The notes under the pieces: generated by a model
Databases searched by the model: none
What the model saw: the letters and a program-made list of their open reading frames with translations, nothing else
What the model was told of the DNA's origin: nothing
Assembly (NCBI GenBank): GCA_040081625.1
Contig: JBEBGD010000011.1
Coordinates: forward strand, 1 to 64,000
Reading direction: 5' to 3'
From: Chthoniobacteraceae bacterium
GTDB lineage: Bacteria > Verrucomicrobiota > Verrucomicrobiia > Chthoniobacterales > Chthoniobacteraceae
Length of the DNA stretch: 64,000 nucleotides
Shown: positions 39,536 to 49,001 of the stretch, piece by piece
Numbering within the stretch: position 1 is the stretch's first letter
Layout of the letters: each line of letters opens with the position of its first letter
Position numbers and translations under genes: made by a program

Positions 39536-42114
39536 TTCCTGAACATCGAGTTGTTACGATCGCCGGCACTGAGCACGTAGGCGAGCAGGTCGAGGATTTC
39601 ATCCTTCGTCAGCATCGCGAGCAGCATCGGCGGCATGGGCGAAACGTGGCTGGGTTCGATGCTCTTCACCTCCTTGCGATCGACGCCGACGCGCTGGTTC
39701 GGATCGGCGCCGTCGGTGTTCAGTTGCACCGTGTCGCCGCTGAGGTTGACCACCACGCCGACGATCTGTTCGCCATTGTTCTTCGTCACGACGATGGGCG
39801 CGAACTGCTCGTTGATCTCTTTGCTCGGGTTGATGATTTGATCGAGCAAGTCGTGCGGCGAGTAGCGGCCGCCCGAGCCGGTGAGGTCGGGGCCGGTCAT
39901 GCCGCCTTCATTGCCGAAGCGATGGCACGTGAAGCACGCCGCCGCGCCGAACATCTTGCGCCCGTTGTCGAAGCTGCGGCCTTTCATCCCGGTCTTCGTG
40001 GCGGCACTCAGTTCGTCGAGAGTCCAGTTCGTCGGCGTCCGGCCGGCGAACATTGCCCCGAGGTTCTCGATCGGCGATTTGCGTTCGGGCTTCTTCGCGA
40101 TCAGCGCGGCGAGCTCAGTGTTCTCCGAGTCGGTGAAGGTGGCGAGCGCGTCGGTGCGGATGAACTCGATGAACTTCTCGAAGCTCGCGCCGCCGCGATA
40201 GTTCGCGGCCTTGAGAAACCACTCGAGCTGCGCGGTGCGCGTGTCCTTCGTCCAGCCCGCCTTCAGCATCCGCAGGCTGCGTGCGTAATCGAGCTGCTCC
40301 TCCTGCGTCGGCGCGGCAGCGATCAAGGCCATGCCCTTCGCCGCGGTCGCGGGCGCTTGCAGGTAGGCGAGCGTCTCGCAGAGCAGCCAGTTTTGCTCGA
40401 AGGTCTTCGCCGGGAAGCGCGGATCGAGCTTCGCGATCAGTTTCGCGCGAGCCGCGTCATCGCAGCCGTCGAAGCGACTCAGCACGATCTCGATCGTGCG
40501 CAGCGCGGTGAGCTGCGCGTCATGCGACAGCGCGGCGAGGTCGATCGAGAGCAGCGCGTCGAGCAACTTGGCGCGCATCGCGGTATCGACAGGCTTCGTC
40601 TCGGCGTTGCGGAGCTTCGGGCACACGCCGGCGGCGCGGGCGAGCGCCATGAGCGCCTCGGGTTCCTTGCTCGCGAGCGCCTTGTCGGACCACGTCGCCA
40701 CGGGCTGATGCTCGATCGCCGTGCGCGCCGCCCAGCGGATGAACCGATCCTTGTCGCCGAGATGCGGCCACGCGGTCTCGATCGCCTTCGCGTCCTGGCG
40801 GCCGTGGAAGGCTTCGAGCCGATGACGCAGATCGCGCGCGGCGCTCTTCGTCGGTTTCGAGTCGATGGGCGCGGTCGATTCGCTGCCGGTGTAAGTCACG
40901 CGATAAAGCCCCGACTGCACCCGCCGTCCGCCGATTGCGAAATACATCGCGCCGTCCTTCGGATGGATGATCGCGTCCGTGAGCGGCAGCGGCGAACCGC
41001 TGACGAACTCCTCCTTCGTCGCCTTGTAGCTCGCGCCGTCGGCCTCGAGATGGATCGCGTAGAGTTTTCCCCAGCTCCAATCGAGCGCGTAGAACGCGCG
41101 CTGATACTTCGCCGGGAACTTCGCGCCGTAGCCAAACGTCGTGCCGGTCGGCGATCCGGGGCCGATGTCCACGACGGCGCCGAGGTTGTCCGGATAAAAC
41201 GCGGGCCGCTTCCCGGCGCCGTTGCGCCAGCCGAACTCGCCGCCGCTCACGACGTGATTGATCCGCGTGGGCCGATACCACGGCGTGTTGAAGTCGTATT
41301 CCATGTCCGCGTCGTAGGTGAACAGCTCGCCGTCGTGATTGAGCGACGCGTCGTAGATGTTGCGGAAACCGCACGCGACCGCGGCGAACTCCTTCCCGTC
41401 CGGCGACACGCGATAGATGATCCCGCCCGGCCCCACCACATCGCGCATGAAGCCGCGCCCATCGGGCAAGCGCGGCAGCAGATGATCCTCGCCCCAATTC
41501 CGCGGCAGCGGCGACGACGCGCTCATCTGCGTCGGCTTCGCGCCATTGCCGCACACCAGATAGAGCGCCTTGCCGTCGGCCGTCGGCAGCACCGCGTGGA
41601 CGCCGTGATCGCCCTTCGATTCGATCGCGCGCAGCAGCTCCACCTTGTCGAGCTGATCGTCGCCGTTGCTGTCGCTGATCCGATAGAGCCCGCTCTGGAT
41701 CTTCGCCTCGTAATCGTTCACGCCGATGTAAAGCGCGCCGAAGGCGAAGACCATGCCGTTCACCGCGCGGATGTCCGCCGGCACCTTCTCGATCTTCGCC
41801 GCATCGAGCGACTGGCCCTGCGCCGGCGCGGGAAAACGATACAGCCCGCCGTATTGATCGCTCGCGTAGATGCGGCCCTTGTCATCCGCGCAAAGATTCA
41901 CCCACGAGCCCTGGTCGCCGCCGGGCACCGAGTAGAGCAGTTCGACCTTGAATCCTTTCAGCGTCTTGATGCGGCTGATCGGCGTCGCTTTGTTTTCGCC
42001 GATCGCCGGGCCGACGGCGTCCGGTCGCTTGGGCTTGGGTTGCTTGGCTTTCTGCGCCTGCGCGAAGGTCGCGAGCAGGCCGATGGCGATGGCGGGGATG
42101 AGGATGCGTTTCAT
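39532..42114 (-). CDS. PVC-type heme-binding protein (sugar-dehydrogenase-like propeller, HEAT-like repeats, cytochrome c)
   Basis: GFRNIYD; DADME; GSPTG; C-terminal CFTCH; GPDLT; SPMP. Confidence 0.88.
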   Translation of the reverse strand: MKRILIPAIAIGLLATFAQAQKAKQPKPKRPDAVGPAIGENKATPISRIKTLKGFKVELLYSVPGGDQGSWVNLCADDKGRIYASDQYGGLYRFPAPAQGQSLDAAKIEKVPADIRAVNGMVFAFGALYIGVNDYEAKIQSGLYRISDSNGDDQLDKVELLRAIESKGDHGVHAVLPTADGKALYLVCGNGAKPTQMSASSPLPRNWGEDHLLPRLPDGRGFMRDVVGPGGIIYRVSPDGKEFAAVACGFRNIYDASLNHDGELFTYDADMEYDFNTPWYRPTRINHVVSGGEFGWRNGAGKRPAFYPDNLGAVVDIGPGSPTGTTFGYGAKFPAKYQRAFYALDWSWGKLYAIHLEADGASYKATKEEFVSGSPLPLTDAIIHPKDGAMYFAIGGRRVQSGLYRVTYTGSESTAPIDSKPTKSAARDLRHRLEAFHGRQDAKAIETAWPHLGDKDRFIRWAARTAIEHQPVATWSDKALASKEPEALMALARAAGVCPKLRNAETKPVDTAMRAKLLDALLSIDLAALSHDAQLTALRTIEIVLSRFDGCDDAARAKLIAKLDPRFPAKTFEQNWLLCETLAYLQAPATAAKGMALIAAAPTQEEQLDYARSLRMLKAGWTKDTRTAQLEWFLKAANYRGGASFEKFIEFIRTDALATFTDSENTELAALIAKKPERKSPIENLGAMFAGRTPTNWTLDELSAATKTGMKGRSFDNGRKMFGAAACFTCHRFGNEGGMTGPDLTGSGGRYSPHDLLDQIINPSKEINEQFAPIVVTKNNGEQIVGVVVNLSGDTVQLNTDGADPNQRVGVDRKEVKSIEPSHVSPMPPMLLAMLTKDEILDLLAYVLSAGDRNNSMFRK

Positions 42115-42157
42115 TGGAGGCATAGAGGGATCGATCGATGGAGAGATTGGGCCGCGT

Positions 42158-44287
42158 TCATTCTGCCGGCCAGCTTCGCGTTTGCTTCGCGAAAGGAAGC
42201 GGGTCTTGCAAGTCGGGGATGCCGTCCGCGTCGGCGTCGTCGGGCTTGATGCGCGGCCACGCCGGCGGTGGTTGGTTCTCGATGAGCTTCCACAACCGGC
42301 GGGCGAAGTCGCCGCGTGTGAGCTTGTCGACGACGGGCAGATTGAAGTCGTAGCCGGTGCAGAGTTTGAGCACCGCGTTTCGCCACTCGTCCGTGGCCGG
42401 AGCATCGGGCTGGAAGTCCACGTCGCGGCGCGACATCGGCAGCAGCCCTCGCGCGGCGAGACGGTTGATCGCGACGAAGGCGGGATGCTCCGCGGGCAGG
42501 TCGCGATATGGCCAGAGCAGCATCGGCACGCCTTCGGTGCCGCCGCAGAGCGCGTGCTGCACTTGCTCGACTCGCGCGCGATCCCACGCGAAGTCGCGCG
42601 GCTGGCGGTCGTCCTTCAAACAAAGCGCCGCGACCGCAGCGGCAGCCTGGCCGATGTGGACGCGATGATCGTGCAGCCGGACCGCGGCGCTGACGATGCT
42701 GCTGAATCCGACATTCCCCTGCGCGCCGATCAGCCCATCCATCTCCGCGGGGACGAGGCTGCGCAGCGGGAAGACGCTGCGATCGCTCAGCATGTGGACG
42801 CCGCGTCCGGGCTTCTCGTAGTGCGTCCAGGGTCCGGACGTGCCTTCGGTTTTCAAGTAGGTGCGGCCGGTGTCGTGGAAGTCGTAATGAAACTGCCAGC
42901 AGAATACGCCGTCGGGATACATCACCTGCGCGAACGCCTCGCGCGCGGCTTCCTTGCTGGTGCCGTCGGTATTCAGCGCGTCCTGCTCGCGCATCATGTA
43001 GAGCGCCTTGAGGCGCAGGCTTTCGCGAATGTAGGGCTTCGGCGGAAGATGGTCCGGCGTGCCGAACTCGGTGCTGAGATGAAAGCGTCGCAGGCTGTTC
43101 GCCGTGTCCTTCGCGCGGTCATGCACGTAGGTCTGCAAGTGACGCAGCAAGCCGAGCGAGTGCGCCTTCGCGTCATCGAAAACGATCTGCCGCTGCGCGC
43201 GCGTCATCAGCACGAGGTTCTTCGTCGAAGCGTCCGGCTCGGTCGCGTCCAGCGCGTCGGCGACGTGCTTCGGCAGGCGCTCCAGCGGATAGTCCTGACC
43301 GTTGGCGTAGCAGATCAGCGCGGAGGTGATGCCGTCCTTGCTCGTGCTGCCCTCGACGATCCGGCGCATGGTGAGGATCGACGACTGCCGCGCCGCCGCC
43401 TTGCCCGCAGGCGGCCATGGCGCGATGCCGCCAGCGCGCATCTTCTGCTCCCAGCTCAACTTCGTCGCATCCTTCTTCCCCATCGGTGTGCAACGCAGAT
43501 AACGCCGCGCATCGTAGTGCGGCGGCTCGGCGATCGGCGTGTCGCCATCGCTCTGCTCGACGATGAGCGTCCACGTGATCGGGTTCATCTCGTTCGGCGG
43601 CATGAGGCTGATGTCCTCCGCCGCGCTCGGCTCACCGTAGCGTGAGCGCGGATCGGGGCCGACTTCAAACGCCGCGCCGGAAAGCTGCACGACCTCGCCC
43701 CAGTCCGACGCATCGATTGTGATCGCCGCACGCACGTTGAGTTCCTGCGCCTTGTCCTTGAGCGAGCGAAACTGCACGCCGGCGACGCGCCGACCGTCAT
43801 CCGACTTGAACGCGGCGATGGGTGCGAAGTTCATCATCAAGCGCACCTGCCCGCTCGCGATGTAAGGCTGAAGCATCTCGCGAAAGATCGCCTCCGCTTC
43901 CGCCGGACGAAACGTCGTCGGCCCGTGCATCGGTCGGCCCGGCATCGGCGAGCCATAATTCTGCGTGTTGAACGCCTCGATGCGTTCCATCAACTCTTTG
44001 AACAATCCGAAGCGATGAAACGAACGTTTCATCGGGTGCCACTCCGGCCCCCAGCCGACCTTGCCGTTGCCTTTGTTCTCATCGACGCACGCGAGGCCTT
44101 GCTCGGTGTATTGCCCGCCGAGCCAGTCGCCATCATGGACGATCGCGATCGACTTCACGCCCATCCGCGCCGCCTGGATCGCCGCCGCCCAGCCCGATTC
44201 GGTGCCGCCGACGATCAGCAGATCGGCCTTGAGTGTCTCGCCCACAGCGATGCTCGCGAACAGCAGGCTGAAAACGAGCGACCTCAT
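42158..44287 (-). CDS. Secreted FAD-dependent oxidoreductase with SLH-like C-terminal region
   Basis: LIVGGTESGWAAAIQAAR; IDASDWGE; PYIRESLR; IGQAAA; C-terminal DADADGIPDLQD. Confidence 0.85.
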   Translation of the reverse strand: MRSLVFSLLFASIAVGETLKADLLIVGGTESGWAAAIQAARMGVKSIAIVHDGDWLGGQYTEQGLACVDENKGNGKVGWGPEWHPMKRSFHRFGLFKELMERIEAFNTQNYGSPMPGRPMHGPTTFRPAEAEAIFREMLQPYIASGQVRLMMNFAPIAAFKSDDGRRVAGVQFRSLKDKAQELNVRAAITIDASDWGEVVQLSGAAFEVGPDPRSRYGEPSAAEDISLMPPNEMNPITWTLIVEQSDGDTPIAEPPHYDARRYLRCTPMGKKDATKLSWEQKMRAGGIAPWPPAGKAAARQSSILTMRRIVEGSTSKDGITSALICYANGQDYPLERLPKHVADALDATEPDASTKNLVLMTRAQRQIVFDDAKAHSLGLLRHLQTYVHDRAKDTANSLRRFHLSTEFGTPDHLPPKPYIRESLRLKALYMMREQDALNTDGTSKEAAREAFAQVMYPDGVFCWQFHYDFHDTGRTYLKTEGTSGPWTHYEKPGRGVHMLSDRSVFPLRSLVPAEMDGLIGAQGNVGFSSIVSAAVRLHDHRVHIGQAAAAVAALCLKDDRQPRDFAWDRARVEQVQHALCGGTEGVPMLLWPYRDLPAEHPAFVAINRLAARGLLPMSRRDVDFQPDAPATDEWRNAVLKLCTGYDFNLPVVDKLTRGDFARRLWKLIENQPPPAWPRIKPDDADADGIPDLQDPLPFAKQTRSWPAE

Positions 44288-44290
44288 TCG

Positions 44291-44593
44291 TTACTGCTCC
44301 GCCGCCGCGCGCCGGAGCGACTCGACGTGATAGTCGAACCACACCGCCTTGAACGTCGCGATCATCTGCTTCTGGTTGTGATCGAGTCCCTCGATCTCGA
44401 TGTAGGTGTGATCGACGCCGTGCTTGAGTAGCGCGTTGTGAAAGTCGCGCACCGTCGGCAGATGCCCGTCGTCCTTCGTCCCGCACGCGACCTGCGCGAC
44501 CCACATGCTGTCGTCGTTTGCCTGTTTGGCCGGCGCCGCAAGAGATGGTGCGACGGCGAGGGCGAGCGCGAGTGAGATGAGGATAGATTTCAT
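44291..44593 (-). pseudogene. Signal peptide fused to the C-terminal fragment of an esterase-like hydrolase (probable internal deletion)
   Basis: Signal peptide followed directly by VACGTKD...HTYIEIEGLDH (Asp/His part of a triad); no GxSxG. Confidence 0.55.
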
Positions 44594-44602
44594 TGAGCCA
44601 AC

Positions 44603-46102
44603 TCAGTCCGGGATCGCGTCGCTGCGCTTCACCGTCTTGCCTTCCCACACGGCTTCGTCGGTCGCCTTGTCGTAGGTGAGAATGCGGTTGGCGCTGCCCG
44701 GCGCGGGCGGTAGATCGATCTTTGGCAGCCACTTCTTGTGCGCGGCGATGACGGCGGCGTGCTCGCTGTGGCCGGCGAGGTTGGTCCATTCGTTCGGGTC
44801 GGCCTTCATGTCGTAAAGCTCCTCGCTGCCGTCAGCGTAATGGATGTAGCGCCAGCGTTCGCTGCGGATGCCGTGGTTGCCCGTGTTGTGCGAGGTGATG
44901 GCGGGGCGCTCGCGCTTCGCGGCGGCATCTTTGAGCTGCGGCAGGAGGCTGAGTCCTTCGAGATCGCTGCGCGGCGGCAGGCCGGCGAGGTCGATGAGCG
45001 TCGGATAGATGTCGAGCAATTCGGCAGGCTGCATCACGCGTCCGCCTTTGCTCACGCCGGGCCCGGCGAAGATGAGCGGCACTTTCGTCCCGCGATCCCA
45101 GAGCGTGTTCTTGCCGGTGATTTCCTTTTCCCCGAGATGCCAGCCGTGGTCGCCCCACACGACGACGATCGTGTTGTCGGCGACGCCGGCTTCATCGAGC
45201 GCCGTGAGCAGGCGACCGATCTGCGCATCGACGAAGCTCGTGCAGGCGAGGTAGCTGCGGACGAGGTTGCGCCACTGCCCGCTCTCGCGCACCCACTTCA
45301 GCCGCGGCTCGGGCAGGTTCCAGTGCAGATACCACGAGAAGCGCGGCGTGTCGGCGCGGTCGTTCGGCTGGATCGCGGGCAGCACGCTGTCGTCGTCGGG
45401 GTAAAGGTCGAACCACTTCTGCGTCGCGTAGCAGGGCACGTGTGGCAGGAAAAATCCCGCGGCAAGAAAGAACGGCTGATCCTTCGGCGCGCTCTTGATC
45501 TGCTCCACCGTCCACGACGCGACTTGATAGTCACCCTTCACGGTGTCGTCGTTGTCGAGCGGCCACACGCCCCAGTCCATCAGCGGATGATCGCCCATCG
45601 GCGCAGGCGGGATAAGCTTCTTCGGCGGTTTCGCGCCGACGCCGCCATAGGGTGCGGTCACTTGAAACTCCGGCTTTGCATTCGCATCCGCCTTCCCCTT
45701 GCCCCGCCCGCCGCCGCCGGTGCCGCCGTGATAGATTTTCCCCGTCGCGAGCGTGCGATAACCGTTGTTCGCGAAATGCTGCGGCAGCGCGACGCGATCC
45801 TTCCACTCCGGCAGCGTGCGAAACCACGGCGCGAGCCCATAGATGCCCGTCGTGGTCGGGCGCAAGCCGAGCAGCAGGCTGGTGCGCGACGGATTGCACA
45901 GCGGCGCCTGACAGTGCGCATTCAGGAACGTGGTGCCACGCGCGGCGAGCTTGTCGAGGTTCGGCGTCTTCGCCATCCGATGCCCGCCCATGTGGCCGAT
46001 CCAGTCGTTCTGGTCGTCGATGGCGATGAAGAGGACGTTCGGCTTTTCGGCTGCGCCGAGCGTCGCGATCGCGACGAGGAGGATGAGGAGCGTGTGTTTC
46101 AT
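44603..46102 (-). CDS. Sulfatase (iduronate-2-sulfatase-like)
   Basis: PNVLFIAIDD; CNPSR; PHVP; GDHGWHLGEK. Confidence 0.95.
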   Translation of the reverse strand: MKHTLLILLVAIATLGAAEKPNVLFIAIDDQNDWIGHMGGHRMAKTPNLDKLAARGTTFLNAHCQAPLCNPSRTSLLLGLRPTTTGIYGLAPWFRTLPEWKDRVALPQHFANNGYRTLATGKIYHGGTGGGGRGKGKADANAKPEFQVTAPYGGVGAKPPKKLIPPAPMGDHPLMDWGVWPLDNDDTVKGDYQVASWTVEQIKSAPKDQPFFLAAGFFLPHVPCYATQKWFDLYPDDDSVLPAIQPNDRADTPRFSWYLHWNLPEPRLKWVRESGQWRNLVRSYLACTSFVDAQIGRLLTALDEAGVADNTIVVVWGDHGWHLGEKEITGKNTLWDRGTKVPLIFAGPGVSKGGRVMQPAELLDIYPTLIDLAGLPPRSDLEGLSLLPQLKDAAAKRERPAITSHNTGNHGIRSERWRYIHYADGSEELYDMKADPNEWTNLAGHSEHAAVIAAHKKWLPKIDLPPAPGSANRILTYDKATDEAVWEGKTVKRSDAIPD

Positions 46103-47595
46103 AGTGCTTTCAAAACTTCGACCGCCTTCGCCTCGAAGATCCGCTGCCACTCGGGCGCGACGAGCGTGTCGCAGTCCTCCTGCGCGTAGCCGGTGTTGCC
46201 GCGCTGCGCGACGGTCGGCGTGTAATAGATGTAGCCGTTCGTGTAGCCGGCGACGAACGCGTGCGGATCGTTCGCCTCCTTCTTGATGTTCAGCCCGACT
46301 TGCACGGTCACTTCGCCGGGAAAGGTCACGAGCTTGAAGTCGCCGATGCGCACGCCGCAAATCTCGACCTCCAGCGTCGGCTTCCCCGCGGCCTGCGTTT
46401 CCGCGAGGTGTTTCTTGAGCAAGGCGAGGTTCGTGTTCAGCCGCGTGAGCCGCTCCATCGTCGCGAGGTTTTGCAGGTAAGCTTCGACGCTCGCGCGGTT
46501 GTCCGCGTCGAGCTGCTCGATGCCTTTTCGCCCGAGCGCCTTGTCGTGCAAATAGCTCTGCGCGAAGTGCGACGGGAAGTCCGGCCAGAGCCTCTGCTCA
46601 ATGAGCAGCGGCAGGAAGGTCTTAAAGCTGATGTTCGTCGGCCGCAGCGACGCGAGCAGCTTCGTCTGCTCCGCCTGGATCGCCGAGATACGCCGCTCGT
46701 AGTCCGCCGCACGCGGCACGGAGACGACCTCGTTGCTCACCTTCAGCTCGCCACCCGCCTTCGTCGCGATCTGCCGCACCGCGCCCAGCACACTCGCGCC
46801 GAGCATCGTCCCGAGCGGCTCCGCATCCGCGGGCCGGCTCACTTCCTTGTAGCGCACCGGATTGATGTCGCCGCCGCAGCCCTGCACGAAGAACGCGACT
46901 GCGCCGCCACCGAGCGCCTCCTCGATCACCTTCGACGCGAAGCCCGGGAAGTCCGCCGAGTTGCCCTTGCTCGGCGGGTTCATGATTGGGTGACACGCGA
47001 AATTGTAGAGCACCGCGAGCGGCGAACCGTCCGCGCGATCGAGCCGCAGAAGACCGACCTGCGGGTCGATCGGCCCCACGCCTGCCACGTCTTCATCACG
47101 CGGCATCGAGTAAGCGCGGCGCATGTCCACCTCGCTGCCATCCTTCATCAAGATTCGCCGGTTCTCGCTGATCCGATCCTCGTGCCCCGCGCCCGCGCCC
47201 GTCTTGACCGGCACGAGGTTCTTCACCGCGTCCTTCACCGCCTGCACTACGAGCTGCGCGGTGTCGGCGCGCACGACGCCGTGGCAGTGACTCGCATTGA
47301 TCACCACGCTCGATGGCGGAACACCCAGCTCGCTCTCCAACTTCGCCCGCACCCCCGGCAGGAAATCATCCCGGACGCGCCCGATCCCGCCGATCGCCAC
47401 CGCGTCGATCGTCACGACCACGACCGTGGTCCTCTCGCGCTTCAAGACGAGCGCCTTCGCAAACAGCGGATCGTTCACCGGCCCGGCAGCCCGATCGGTG
47501 ATGTCCACCTTCGCCACGCCGGCGAGCAGATCCACGGCTGCCGCTCTCGCGAGAAGCAGCGTCGCAAGGAGAACGAGAGCGCACAGCGTTTTCAT
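46099..47595 (-). CDS. Neutral/alkaline ceramidase-like amidohydrolase
   Basis: AGVAKVDIT; DPLFAKALVL; ASHCH; NFACHP; QGCGGDINP; PGE; GYTNGYIYYTPT. Confidence 0.8.
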   Translation of the reverse strand: MKTLCALVLLATLLLARAAAVDLLAGVAKVDITDRAAGPVNDPLFAKALVLKRERTTVVVVTIDAVAIGGIGRVRDDFLPGVRAKLESELGVPPSSVVINASHCHGVVRADTAQLVVQAVKDAVKNLVPVKTGAGAGHEDRISENRRILMKDGSEVDMRRAYSMPRDEDVAGVGPIDPQVGLLRLDRADGSPLAVLYNFACHPIMNPPSKGNSADFPGFASKVIEEALGGGAVAFFVQGCGGDINPVRYKEVSRPADAEPLGTMLGASVLGAVRQIATKAGGELKVSNEVVSVPRAADYERRISAIQAEQTKLLASLRPTNISFKTFLPLLIEQRLWPDFPSHFAQSYLHDKALGRKGIEQLDADNRASVEAYLQNLATMERLTRLNTNLALLKKHLAETQAAGKPTLEVEICGVRIGDFKLVTFPGEVTVQVGLNIKKEANDPHAFVAGYTNGYIYYTPTVAQRGNTGYAQEDCDTLVAPEWQRIFEAKAVEVLKAL

Positions 47596-49001
47596 TTCAG
47601 TCGGTCGAACAGTTCCGCCAACGCCGCGACGACCTTCGTCGATGCATCCACTTCGAGGCAGCTCGATCGCGCGCGCCACGTCTCGTAACCGCCGAGCCGA
47701 TGGTGCTCCGGCGTCGGGAGGTAGGCGTTCGCTAGCGAGACGGTGAACGTCTGCGCATGGCGCTTCCGCAGCCCAAGGCCGATCTCGACGAACACCTCCG
47801 CCGGAATCGCCGGCACACGCAGATCGCCGATCTTGAGCACCTGCAGCGGCGCGGACACTTCCGGCGGAAATTCGCTGAGCAGCACCGTCTCGCGCGCATA
47901 GACCTGATCGAGCGTTTCCATCCGCGGCAGGGACTTCGATTGCTTCATCACCTCGCGCGCCTTTGTGACTTCATCACTCGTGGGCAGGCGCAGAGCGAGC
48001 GGGATTTCCTTTTGCGCGACCGCGAGCGGCACCCAGTCGTGATACGTCAGCGAACCGCACACGCGCGCGACTTCCTCCGCCACGTCGTTCGCGACGAGCT
48101 TGATCTGGCCATACGGCGGCTGCTTCGCCTGGCCGCCGCGGAAGTCGATGTTGTTGATGTCGCCGCTCGCGCCGTTCGACATGATGCCGACGAAGGGCGG
48201 GTCCTGCCGATCCGCGCTGAGCAGCTCCTGGATGCGATCCGCGAAAGCGCCGAAGTAATCCGCCGAGATGTGGCCGGGGCCGACGCCGCCGACATAGTGC
48301 AGCGAGTAGTTCGCAAACAGCGCGATGGGTCGCTTGTCCGGCGATTGCACCGAGATGAACCACACCTGCGGATCGGTCGGCCCGGCGGGCTCGACGAGAT
48401 TCGGATTCTTGATGCCGGGATTCGTGCGCACCTGATCGGTGGTGACGCCGAGCGGCGTCGGTGGAATGCCGGCGGGCTTCATCCGCCAGCGGCGATTGAA
48501 GACGTGCTGCGGAACATTGCCGAATCCCCAGCCGATGCGGGCGGGTGCGAGATTGTTCAGCGCGCGCATCACGCCGTCGGCGATACGAATCGCAACGAAA
48601 CGCTGATACGCCGGACTCGGCTCGCTCTGCCCCACGGCGGTGAGTGTGCCGCACGAGTGCGAGTGCGTGGCGGACATCATCATGTGCTCCATCGGCAGTC
48701 CGGTCGCCGCGCTCACCATGCGCTTTGCGTCGTCGAAGATGCCGCGCCCGATCACGCAACTGTCCGCGACCACGAGCACGAGCTTCGTCTGCCCGTCGTC
48801 GAGCGCGAGGCAGCGAGCGTGCAGCTCGTCGTGGATGAAGGCAGCCTTGCCGTCCTGGAAGCCACCGTTGATCGAGCTGCCGAGATCGGGCGTGATGTTG
48901 CTCGTCGCCGCGCCAGCGCGGAAGACGCGCGCCGGATCGGCGGCGTGAAGCGTCGCGAAGGCCAGGACGAGTAGCGTGGCGAGTGGGCGGAGGGTATTCA
49001 T
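47592..49001 (-). CDS. Neutral/alkaline ceramidase-like amidohydrolase
   Basis: HDELHARCL; ATHSHS; NYSLHY; SADYFG; NGASGDIN; GGYETW. Confidence 0.82.
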   Translation of the reverse strand: MNTLRPLATLLVLAFATLHAADPARVFRAGAATSNITPDLGSSINGGFQDGKAAFIHDELHARCLALDDGQTKLVLVVADSCVIGRGIFDDAKRMVSAATGLPMEHMMMSATHSHSCGTLTAVGQSEPSPAYQRFVAIRIADGVMRALNNLAPARIGWGFGNVPQHVFNRRWRMKPAGIPPTPLGVTTDQVRTNPGIKNPNLVEPAGPTDPQVWFISVQSPDKRPIALFANYSLHYVGGVGPGHISADYFGAFADRIQELLSADRQDPPFVGIMSNGASGDINNIDFRGGQAKQPPYGQIKLVANDVAEEVARVCGSLTYHDWVPLAVAQKEIPLALRLPTSDEVTKAREVMKQSKSLPRMETLDQVYARETVLLSEFPPEVSAPLQVLKIGDLRVPAIPAEVFVEIGLGLRKRHAQTFTVSLANAYLPTPEHHRLGGYETWRARSSCLEVDASTKVVAALAELFDRLK

